Below are positions 24,900 to 36,060 of a stretch of 64,000 bases of DNA, in pieces; positions within the stretch are counted from its first letter, which is position 1, and each line of letters opens with the position of its first letter. Source of the stretch: Euprymna scolopes (taxonomy: Eukaryota); the NCBI GenBank assembly GCA_053919585.1, contig CM132791.1; one strand, written 5' to 3'. The notes under the pieces are model-generated. The model saw only the letters and a list, made by a program, of their open reading frames with translations, was not told the DNA's origin and searched no databases. The translations under genes and the position numbers were made by a program.

Positions 24900-27330
24900 G
24901 TGATGCTGAGATCATAGAAACATTCAAAACTATTCCGGGAAGTCAACAGTTTTGACATAACATGCAGCTTGACATATAAGCGCCAATAAGATTCTACGGC
25001 AGATCATCTTTTTTCATTGGAGTCCAAATCAAGTTCATAGTGCTGCCAACTTTAGAGTTACAATTAACTGATGCTGAAATGTATGCGATGTCCCGAAGTG
25101 ATAGAGAAAATTGGCTAAAAAGGAATCCTATTACTTTAGCATGCCAGATAGACCATTGTAGATTGTAGATAATTATGAGGAAAGATTCTATTTTCGGGGG
25201 TTGTATTCAAATGACTAAATGTTTAATTTTGATGACCGCAGTGAACTTCGAAGCGGCACTTGTGTGAAACAAATGTACAACACCATTCACGTTACAGGCG
25301 CACCAGCCATACACCAACACAATGATGATGAAGTAACAGCTTTTAATGACAATCACATCGCGAGGTCTTTTTCCAAACAAGATCAATTTCAACTATTGCA
25401 TAAACTAGATACCACTGTGCAATCGCATTCCCATACCTTCACTTTTCAGAATAAACTGGCAAAAATTGTCGTTTCTTTTTTATTTGCGGCTAACTAAAAA
25501 ATATTATTTCGCGAGAGGCTGTTGACCGTGACACTTTGAAGAAGAATTAATATATAGCCAGCAATGTATTTACTGCCTTTCAAACTGCTCAGGATTTATC
25601 TTCATTTACGTGCACTGACCTTGTTCAAGAACCTGGATTTGTGTTGAAGTGCATTGCAGTACTCTAACCTTCTTTGAGAAAAGAGAAACGATTCTGTACA
25701 GAAGGACTCTGAACGAGATAAACATTTCCAATAGCAACACTGATATGTGAAAGCTAAAATGAACATTCAATTTTGAACTTCTATCTACGTCGTTTTAACA
25801 TACATTACCTCTTATCTTTGTAAACCATAGAAAGCAATGATGGAGCTTACGCGTAAGATTGCAAAGGAGAACGAAAGTGAAATGTTAAGAAAATCATGAA
25901 CAAGGTGGAAGGGGTTTTAATCCAAAAAACAAAAATTAGTATGCATGTAGCAATGATGAGAGTGTTATTTATGCCTTCGCGGCGCTGAAACATTCCAAAA
26001 ATAGTGTAGGGTATTGAAATAGCCTACTATTCTACAGAGAATTCTCAGCAATAATTCAGATGATCCTAATATTTTTGCTGCCAATATTATCGAAAAATAC
26101 GCTGCGCGGGAAAATCATCTGAAGCACGTTTGTCTAGCAGACTTTGTATTAATGTGCCAGCATTTCTAAAGCGATTATATGCAGTTACTGGAGCAAGAAA
26201 AGGTGATAGACTTGAAAAACAACCTTGAGAAGATGTGCTTGCGAGGTAAACTGTGTGTGCTTAGATGATTTCCTGTCTCCAAAGACAGAAGTAGCGAAGT
26301 TCATTGCATGCGTATCCGTATGCTATGGAGGGATAAAAACACACTAATTAATTTTGACGGTATATACATTACTATGTTACACGAGGTTTTTGACACAATG
26401 AAGCAAGAAATTGAATTGTATACAAAAGTGTATTCAAATTTCTGAGGAAGATTTGAAGACTGAATATGTTACTTACAGTGATGAAGGAGAAGAAGAAGCA
26501 GCAAGTGATTGTTTGGATATTTTGAACTCAAATAAAATTGGTCTGGAAATTGAACATTATGCAATGCTTCCTACAACAAATACTGTGCCGTATTACACTG
26601 AGGTTGCTTATTTGTTCATGCCCCAGCAGAAAGGTTTTGATGATGTTGCTGTCTTGAAAGCAGAGTAGCGATCAATCTTTCAGTTTGTGCAGTTAGTTCA
26701 CATTCCACTTCCAACAATTAAAGGAATCGACTTCCACATTTTTATGTTTATTTCAGTGGTTGTGATGGGACTACCAAGAGTCACGTGGTTAACTTTATGA
26801 TTCTCTCAAGCGAACATTTTCTCCCCAGGATATGAAGCAGTCAACTGTTCTTGTTGCAGCTTCCACTGGTAGTGTAGCCAGTGAAATAAACGGTACACCA
26901 CTTAACATGGCTTTACACCTTCTTATTTTTCATGGCAGATCAGGAAAGGTAATTTGTGTTGAAATTCTAAATGATCTACGTACACAGTGCACACCTTTGA
27001 AGATTCGTATCACTGATGAAATATCCAGAGCTGCCCATGAAGTTTTCTTCAATGTTTTTCGCACTTTATGTAAATTGTAAGATCAACACACTGCAGTTGG
27101 TTAAATGTCTCTCATTTCTTGTGGATACTTCTATTAACTCACTCCGAATTATGGAACTGTATTTAAAAAACAAACACTTTCTGATCCAATCTAAATAAAA
27201 TTTAGAGAAGAGTTTTATTTTTAAAGTTGCACGAAGTGTCAGCCAATCAGATGATTCTAAATTTGCAGAGTAGGGTTTAAACGATTGATTAACGTTTATT
27301 AGCAAACATGACAAAGGTATCAGTCGAGGA
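24900..27330 (+). mobile_element. Degenerate Helentron/Helitron2-type RepHel (HUH Rep plus PIF1-like helicase)
   Basis: WLKRNPITLACQIDH, FDDRSE...IHVTGAP..DDEVTAF, TVQSHSHTFT...NCRF, KAKMNIQF, LTYITSYLCKP, NIIEKY...VCLADF, a decayed Walker A (..TKSHVV, ~26770), VLVAASTGSVASEINGT, LKIRITDEIS and SQSDDSKFAE, colinear with many stops. Confidence 0.88.
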
Positions 27331-27756
27331 ACCATTTTTTTTGATTGGTTAAAAAATAGTAAATAATTTTTTGGCTTTTCCATATTATGCTTTATGGTCA
27401 GGAAATATAAAAGTAACTCTATTTAAAAAAAGTGGCATCTTTATTCTTACTTTACTATCACGTTTCAAGCTACTACCACGAAGGATTTTACATCACTATT
27501 GTAGGAAAAATATGAGCAGAATGAATTTGCTTAAAAACAGCTGGTTCGAAGCGAAATATTGCTTTATATGGCTTAATATTTATTTTAAAAATGCATACGT
27601 TTTTAGCATTTAAAAAAATTAAATACCCAATTAACGACATTTTGTTATATGATTGCTTCATTTAATATGAATGTGAAGATATAATTTGATGCGAAATTTT
27701 TTTCAATATTGATATCAGCAGTGGGCAATACTTAGGCAGGGCTAGGTAGTATGTTA

Positions 27757-27759
<3 letters not shown>

Positions 27760-27813
<54 letters not shown>
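27760..27813. repeat. (TA)n microsatellite
   Basis: Direct run. Confidence 0.97.
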
Positions 27814-27815
<2 letters not shown>

Positions 27816-27894
27816 GGCAATTTAGCAAATCAGTATATTCTAACAAGAATGAAACGTGCAATATTATGTGCAGCTTAATTGCTATACATATATT

Positions 27895-29045
27895 TGAGTG
27901 GGGCAACTATTCCACGTTATGGACGTTGAAGTCACCAGAGATGTGGATGTTAGCCGAGGGATGTGCAGACAGGATGTGGTCTATTTTCTCAGATATGCTC
28001 TTAAACATAGTAACTCCGCTGTTATGGGGCCGATAGAAAGCAAATATAAATGCAGTGGTGTAAGCAAGTGCAACCCGGAAGCACATATAAGGTAAATTAG
28101 GGTCTTTCTTGAGATATTCCTGCAACATGGGAAGCCATCTTTAATGTAGGCACATATTCCATGCCCATGGTGATCTTGGGGGGCAGATTTAGATGTTAAG
28201 TTTGTGTATCCGTTAATTATGAACTCATCTAAGGAAGTAGTCGGCCCTATTCCAGTTTCGCGTACAAAGAATATGTCCGGTTTCGTCTCCTGTAATTGGG
28301 TTTCAATCTCTGGAAGGTTAGAACTTGACCCCTGGTGTTGGAGAAGGTGACATGGTAGTAGGGGTCTACATTGGAAGATGGGGTTCTAGGTTTATTCGAG
28401 ATTTTTTCTGGAGATATTTCATGTTGACGTTTTCGGATTTGTGAGGCAGTCCCGCATACGTGGTTAGAGCAAGATAGAGAGGAAAAGTAAGAGAGAAAAA
28501 AGACAGAAATGTTTTTGTAGCATATGAAAAGGTAAAGCCGTAACAATTACCGACTAGTATGGCAGCGAGAGGCCCCACCAGAGACTACTGCATGGTCCAG
28601 AATCCAGTCACCAAATGGCAATACAGCAGTCCCTGCACTTTGCGCTTACTGATAGGACAGCTTCCTTGGTGGTTAATCCAAGGTTCGGGTCCCTGACCAT
28701 CAGGCGGATAACGTCACCCTAGACGAAACGTTTAACTCCAGCACCCTTACTAGTGACATGGCCACAATGATCGACATAGATACTCTTCAGCAAGTACTAC
28801 CGACCTTTAAAACAGCTTTTTCTTCACTCTTTGTCAGAAAAAATCACTCATTTGAATGAGGACTGAGGGACAAAAAAAAAAAAAGCGAGACTTACTGGAG
28901 CTGCCGATAACACATCCCCTGTATTATCTACTCTACATTCAAAAAGGGGGAATGGGTACAAGGGAGTTATTAATATGTACTTAGTATAAGTCCGGAGCTC
29001 AATTATCAGTTCAGGGCGCTTTTGAAGATAATCTCCCGTCCTATA
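27895..29045 (-). mobile_element. CR1-like LINE 5' portion (5' UTR and AP endonuclease), 3'-truncated
   Basis: YHVTFSNTRG...LYAKLE and YMCFRVALAYTTAFIFAFYRPHNSG...IDHILSAHPSANIHISGDFNVHN (ORF 27907-28128). The UTR aligns by eye to 10172-10790. Confidence 0.92.
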
Positions 29046-29049
29046 CTAT

Positions 29050-30505
29050 TCGTTGGATATTTTGGCGGTATCTATCTCGAGTTTGAATTATTTGAGCTTC
29101 ACCATATAATTAAAATCCAACAATGAACTTTTATCAATTTTTGAAGTCGACTTAATATTAATTTACATTTGAGTTTAGATAATTATTCAAGGTTTTAATT
29201 TGGGAGGTTCTCGTTTTCATAGGTGACTTTTCCTGTTGTGTTTCTTGATTATTTGTTCTAGGTTATCAGTACAGCTGTAGCTAAACTTAAGTGTGTTTTA
29301 TTAAATATGTTGTGTCGTTTGTGATTGAGTGGAAAATGGTTGTTTATTAGTTGAAATAATTTTTGCCTAGTTTCGTATTAACCAGTATATTGAAGGGGGG
29401 GGGGTTTCTTGTTTGGGGTATAAGATATATTAGGTTCAATGTAATTAAAGATAATGTTTGGGTGGTCATTTTTAAGGGCATTTTCATAAAATGTTTTATG
29501 TTTGTTGAATATTCCAAGTTTAGAGGAATAAGTACTAAGCCTTTTTTCGATAGATGTAGCGGTATGTTTAATGATATGTTTTGGGTGGTTCGATAGTGGG
29601 TGTATATAGAGTGGGTAAGTATTGTCTTTAGTGTAAGGTTCATATGAGTTATTTGAGATGGTGAGATTTATATCGAGAAAGTTAACTGTTTTTACGTTGG
29701 ACTTAATGCACAGTTTTAGACCTATTCTGTCAGTTTCTTTGGTTAAGGTTTTTTTTTCAATTTTTTGCACTTAGAGGCATTTGAATTTTCAACTACGATA
29801 AGGCCATCGTCTCTTTATAGGCCTATGTTTCGTTATCTATAGTTTCTGTGAGGTTATATAGAATGAAAGGACCAACTAGGTCGCTTTCTGCTGCTGAATC
29901 GAGGGCTCCCATTGAGATGTCAAATGATCCGGGTTGGTTCTTCTTAGTCCATTGGGTGTCTAGGCTGATTAGTACTGTTTTCCTGGATTCTTGGATAATC
30001 TCCATTTCGGATGGTTCTATGGCAGAGAGTAATAAGGCAAAGTCTAAGAGCTCATCAAACAATTTTGCTATTGAAAAATAGTAGCTTTCAATGTCGTACT
30101 GGATAGATGCGGCCTTCTTTTTGCTTTGGATATTATTGCATCATATAATTGTGTAATTGGTGTTAATCCATTGTTTTAGTTCATATTTGGTTTTAATTTG
30201 TAAATTAATTCTTTCTAGTATTCTTTTACTTATTCTTCCTAATTCTGGCTACGTGAGGTTTATAAGTCTCGTTTGAGGACTTATTTCAAAGTTAGGTTTA
30301 TGGCGCTTAACTATAATTTATGCTTACTTACTTGATAGGGTTCCTACTGTGTTGCTAATTTTGATATTTTCCTAAGTTGATGCCCTTGACTAGGTCTGTA
30401 TCTAATTTTTATAGTTTGTGATAATGTTTCCTTTAAGTAGTTTAGGTACTTTTGCTTGTGGATTTTGTAGAAGTTTTGCGTCTTATCAGCTTCATCACAC
30501 ACTAA
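29050..30505 (-). mobile_element. Degenerate Penelope-like retroelement: YRDD-type RT and start of C-terminal GIY-YIG
   Basis: ADKTQNFYK, RLINLT*PELGRISK, YDIESYYFSI, WTKK..FDISMGALDSA..DLVG, GL*RDDGL (~29800-29823), VNFLDINL..YEPYTK..PLYIHPLSNHP and KFSYSCTDNL..HNRK, then a decayed YIGE-like segment near 29100. Confidence 0.9.
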
Positions 30506-30509
30506 TGTT

Positions 30510-30792
30510 TTTATTGAGATAGACATTAAGTCATGGACAATAATTTTAACATATATTTTTTTGAAACAAAGTTTCCTCATCAGCAAAAATATGGCGTGGG
30601 AGCTTTAAATACACCAAATATAAACCTAGCAGTTTTAAGTAAAGCAGATGTATCTGAAAAATATTAAATATAAAGGGAAATAGTTACTTTTTGATATTGA
30701 TAAAGAAAGTAAGATAAATTGAGAATAAAATTATAAATTGGAGTTAAGTGTAAATGTAATCTTATAATAATATAATTTTAAGACAATTTAAC

Positions 30793-30841
<49 letters not shown>

Positions 30842-31290
30842 TATCTCTAATAATGGTTAGCCTTTCAAGATTCGTAATTATTATCGTAAAATCATTCATT
30901 TAGGTGTTAGATGTATCTTAGGAATGTCTTAAATGTTGAATTTTCAGAGTGAACGCAAATAGAAATAGTTTTATCTATTAGAATTCGTTAATAACGCGAA
31001 ATTTCAAACTTAAAAATTCCAGTTCATAATTTTATTCTAATTTTTATTCTAAATTTTTCTTACTTTCTTGATCAACATCAAAAAGTAACTATTTCTCCTT
31101 TATATTTATATATTTTCCAGATACATTTGCCTAGCTTAAAAATGCTAGGTTTATTGTTGGTGTTTTTTACATATATTTATATTTGGTGTCTTTTAAAAAC
31201 CAACTGAATATTTTTGCTGATGAGGAGCCTTTGTTTCAAAAAGCTCTATGTTAAAATTATTGTCCATGACTTAATGTTTATCTGAATAAC
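30510..31290. repeat. ~230-260 bp inverted repeat (PLE pseudo-LTR-like) flanking a (TA)n-containing spacer
   Basis: The reverse complement of 30510-30740 matches 31030-31290, e.g. CAAAAAGTAACTATTTC, TATTTTTGCTGATGAGGA and TATGTTAAAATTATTGTCCATGACTTAATGT. Confidence 0.9.
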
Positions 31291-31320
31291 ACTCGTATCC
31301 GAAACGGTCGTACAATGTAT
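31208..31320 (+). ncRNA. Type I hammerhead ribozyme motif with a 71-nt insertion in stem II
   Basis: TTG(31214-16)-CTGATGA(31217-23)-GGA...TCC(31298-300)-GAAAC-GGTC-GTA(31310-12)-CAA. All core residues are present. Stem I is TTG/CAA and stem III is AC/GT. It lies in a PLE terminal repeat. Confidence 0.62.
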
Positions 31321-31371
31321 TGGCTTTGTTGTATTCTTTCTTATGAAACTGATTTTTAATGTTTATTATAA

Positions 31372-31519
31372 NNNNNNNNNNNNNNNNNNNNNNNNNNNNN
31401 NNNNNNNNNNNNNNNNNNNNNNNNNNNNNNNNNNNNNNNNNNNNNNNNNNNNNNNNNNNNNNNNNNNNNNNNNNNNNNNNNNNNNNNNNNNNNNNNNNNN
31501 NNNNNNNNNNNNNNNNNNN
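31372..31519. other. Assembly gap
   Basis: Run of N. Confidence 1.
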
Positions 31520-33447
31520 TATATTCCTGTCTGTGTATTTGTTGTTTTGTTCACAATTTGATTAATGTATGCAAAACGTGTCTTACTAAAATCTTTCATT
31601 TATTTCTATATATAGTATTATACTTGCAAAAATATACAATTAAGAGATCAACTTATTTGCATATGCCATTAAGAAAAATCGATGTTACTAAATAGCGCTA
31701 TCTTAGTTAATGTTTTTAACGAGAGAATTATTTTAAGTATTCTATTTAAAAGTGTTATTTTGTCAATTTTAAACAACAATTATGTTGATAATATATTTAA
31801 TATTTCCAACAAAGTGACCTTTTTAAAAACTTGTGTTTATAGTTTTTCCCCTAGATGCTACTCATAAAAAACAAACGTTCACCAAATATCATTTGGTAAT
31901 TTCATAAGTTTCTAGCTTGAATAATAATTCCCTGTGGATAAAAAAAAATGGATTTATCTGTTTTTTGTAAAACTTTAAATAAAACACTTCGAAAAAAATG
32001 AAAAGATTTCATTTGTTTGTTTTATTTCATTCCTTAAACGATGCGTCGCGTAATACCTTAAAAATGAAGATCTACTGCCCCCTCTAAATGTCACAATTTA
32101 CACTTTTTTATTTTTTCGCCTTAATTTAATCGATTAAAAACTTAATTTTCAAATTAAGAAGGTAACTATATACGACGTGACCCAGCGGCATTTAATCCCT
32201 AAAAATGGAGACCTACTTTTTTCAGCCTAATACATTTAAACAACCTTTGTATATATTATGAGAGAAGTAAGTTTGAAAAGCAATAAAATTTTAGAATGGA
32301 TGATCACTTTTCTATATAAATTCAACGTTAAATGAGCACCCAATTTTTTGGCCACCAAACGTTAAACGAGATATGTCACCTCTAGCATTTTTTCAAGTAT
32401 GGCGATTGAGAGGAAAGTAAAAATCTGGCAAATACAATTTGTTTTTTTTCTGGTGGAGGATTGCATTGGAAAACATAAAATAACGATATATTTATTTATT
32501 TTTATGAGACCATTCTCTACTTTCCCCTAACAATTTCATAAACAAAACATACCCCAAAATATTACAAATTCTTTTTTGTGGGGTGTACATTAGAAACATA
32601 AAACGACAAGTAAAAACCAACTCGAATAGCACCACCCTACTAAAAAAATCAAATCGAAAATGTCCTTTATTTACAAAAAAGAAAAGCAAGTAAAAAGTGC
32701 ACTAATAAAGAATAAGGTAACTGGGAAGTTTATCCGCGTAAATTCTAAAAATTATTTTTATATAAAACATTATTAGACCCAAAGGTTTAAATAAAAAAAA
32801 AAAAATAAATGTTATGTTTTTTTTATATTTTTTTAATTAGACTTAATGTGCAGGCTTTACATGTTAAACATTTGGCTTTTTTTAGGTTTGACAGATTGGT
32901 TTTTAAAGGCCTAACTTGGCTTTTTTTACGTTTTTTATTACTACAATATATGGCGGCTTAAAACATAGTTGATGAATGAGCTTAAAAAGTTTAAATCTGC
33001 GAAATCTTAGAAATACCAAATTTTAAAAGCAATATAGCGCCCTAGAATATTAAATATAAATGATAAAAAATAATAAAAATTACATGTTTTCTTGTTTTAT
33101 TTCAGCCTTTGTATCTAACAATATGTTTTATATAAAAATAAATAGTTTTTATTTTTTTGTTTGGCAAATACTTTACGCCGCTAAACTACACATTTACCGA
33201 AATAAAAAATAAATGCGCGCACTAATGTTTATAAACTTTTTTTCTTAGGTTCACAAAATCGTGAGCTTTCTAAAGACAGTGATCGCTTCTGCCGAAATAT
33301 CTGGTTGATAGATTATCAGATACTTCTTTTTTGGGACGATTACATTTACATGTTTTCATCCGTTCTTTTATTTTGAAATATTTGTGGGGGTATCCACGTT
33401 ACCCACCATGAAAATGATTAGTATAGCAGGCATGATTCAAACGGAAC

Positions 33448-33450
<3 letters not shown>

Positions 33451-33501
<51 letters not shown>
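33451..33501. repeat. (TA)n microsatellite
   Basis: Direct run. Confidence 0.97.
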
Positions 33502-33505
<4 letters not shown>

Positions 33506-34765
33506 GCATTGTAGCATTTGATAAGGTAAGTACATACCTTGTGGCCGAAGCATAGTCATCGTTTAGATCAATATTTTTATTTGTTGAATGGCGTCTTACA
33601 TTTTTGACATCACTCATTGGAAACGCGTATCTCTTATCTGTTTAAATGTTGGGCGTCATCGCTCAAGGAAATAATTCACTGTGGCGTGCACGGTTACGCC
33701 CTATGTGTAAACAATCATTTGTTTATTTTATTTACTCTGAGATTCTTTCCGATGTTATTTAATCACATGCACAATCATGGTGAGGTTTTTTTTTATTTCA
33801 CGCATATTAAAACATTTTAATCATATTTTCTCTTACTCTGGTAAGTTCCCTTTGTGTTTGCAAATATAAAATACTTTTGCAATACCTGAAATTGAGGTTC
33901 TTCACCAAATAAAAGTATAATGTTCTCAAAATTTTGTAGTTGCAGTAATACCAGACAGCATAGTATTTGGATATTTCTAAATTAATATTATCTGCGTGAA
34001 AAGCCAATTCATGTTAGTAAACTCGTCTCATGAGGGCATTTCTGTTCAAATGATTTGATTTCATGTTATGGCAATACAATTTAATAATTATTCGCTCGAT
34101 CACACGTATCTTTAGTGTCATAAATATATACTTTAGCCGTCCTATATAAAAAAACAATGATAAATCGCTCTTTGTCTTATTTTTTATTCTCCAGACTCCA
34201 CAAAATACCTTACAACAGATGTTTAAGAGTAATTATGTATATTCTATCGCCGAATAAAAGATACATACAAAGAACCGGCGGGTTAAATACACTTTGAAAC
34301 AGAGGAAACCACGCAAAACTCATATATTTATACGTAATAGGGTTATACATCATTAATTCTCTCGGAAGTAAATAAGGGCGGCCAAACTACATTTTCCATT
34401 TCATTAAATTACTCAGATGATTAATATAAGTATAATCCGAGAATAATATTGCCCTCTAGTCCAGTTTCCGAAGAATTTTTCTAAGATCAACAGTCTTCCA
34501 AATTTTTTATTGTTGTTCTGGGAAAAATAAATATTTCTAGACTCCCAGTTTTCCCGAGGTCATAGTTTCTATTTAAATAGTTTGAATATATACATGAAAA
34601 AAAAGCATCCCCGTGTAAAAATCTTGCCTTATGTGGAGGCATATAAAAGGGAGACCAATTTATCAGAATGATTCGGACTTTAAATATCTTATACGCACAA
34701 TAATACTTTGTGCTGTAATAAATAACAATGGATGCACACCCACACCTACATATATGTACACACAC

Positions 34766-34768
<3 letters not shown>

Positions 34769-34832
<64 letters not shown>
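34769..34832. repeat. (TA)n(TG)n microsatellite
   Basis: Direct run. Confidence 0.97.
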
Positions 34833-34939
34833 ACTCATCAACGTACATTACTGTTTAGCTCTATCACATAGGGGTTTTTGTTGTATATATAAGGAGCTTT
34901 TGAATTGTGGAACAAGTGCAAGTTGATTTTGACCCGGGA

Positions 34940-35830
34940 AAAGAAACTGTGTAGGGTTCAAAATATAAACAAAATTGCACTTAGCAAGTCTAAGTAGACG
35001 AAAAGTGAAATCGTTCAAAGATTCCAGCATTTAATGTGAACGTCATTAAACACGCTGCGGATGCCAATCCAAAGATAACCAACTGTGAATTTGCACAAAC
35101 TTTCAATACAATTCATACCACATTCATTTTATGCATGCACAAGTTTTAAAAAATCCAAATTTGGACACTGTGGTCCCCACGATTCGATTTACGCTCAACG
35201 AAATCAATAATTAGCTGTTTTCAGAGCTTTGCTGGAAAAAATCATCGATAACTACTTTTTTGCAAAGAATTGTGAGTGGAGATTAAAAATGAGTTCTTTA
35301 CTAGAATATCCAACGCAAGACACAATTGTTAGACCGAAACTCGTGGCTACAGCTTGTTCCAAATCAAAAACTACATTTTAAAAAGTTTATGCTCAATTCA
35401 TGGTGGGACATGAGAGAACTGCGCCATTATTACTAGAGCGTAACTAGACAATGGCAGCTGTAACATAGTGTCCGCAGTTGGATTATCTAAGAACTGTTCT
35501 ATCAAATCAAAACTTAGCATTATTTATTATGTAAAGTGCAATGCATCAGCATAATGATGTGAGAGCTCACACAGCAAAAGTCATCCAGGAAGATGTAATT
35601 ATATTCTATTGTGACGTTTTGCACTATCAACCTTATTCATTAGATATTGTTCCATGCGACTACAATTTTTCTGGGACTTCGCTTAGTAACTTAAGCTATA
35701 AAATATATTGAAATGACGATCAGCTAAAAATGACCCACATTTGTTTTTCTCTCAAAATTTAAATAATTATTAAAAAAAAGCATGAAAGCCTAAAGTGAGG
35801 ATTGGATAGAAGTGCTAAAAATATTGATGC
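34940..35830 (+). mobile_element. Degenerate mariner transposase
   Basis: VPHD (WVPHEL-like), FLQRIVSGD*K*VLY, KFMLNSWWD, QHNDVRAHTAK (HDNARPH-like) and VLHYQPYSLDIVPCDY (HPPYSPDLAPSDY-like), in the correct order. Terminal inverted repeats not identified. Confidence 0.88.
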
Positions 35831-35984
35831 CATGAAAAAAGTTTTTTTTTTTAAGAACTGCACGACTGTGGAAATATGTTATGTTTTACTCTTTTCCAAC
35901 AGACAAAAATATAATAGTTTTCAAGTTAACCGTTAAAGGTTCTGATGAGCCGACCCCTTAAGTAATCTAATTCACAAAATCTTA

Positions 35985-36060
35985 GCTACTAACGATTACA
36001 ACGACATGTTCCCATTGGCTACTGTACACTACTTTACCCCTATTCTAAAATGGCCTCAGA
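35985..36060 (+). mobile_element. Short remnant matching the CR1-like 3' UTR
   Basis: CTACTAACGATTACAACGACAT..CTGTACA..GCCTC matches 20617-20690. Confidence 0.55.

Noticed and set aside
29800-29825. Selenocysteine recoding in the PLE RT (reported for some Naiad PLEs)
   Set aside because: The in-frame stop in GL*RDDGL is TAA at a Tyr position, and the element has many other lesions.
4591-35960. Other CTGANGA occurrences (4591, 16650, 26443, 27014, 35942)
   Set aside because: No paired stem II plus GAAA; most lie within TE coding remnants.
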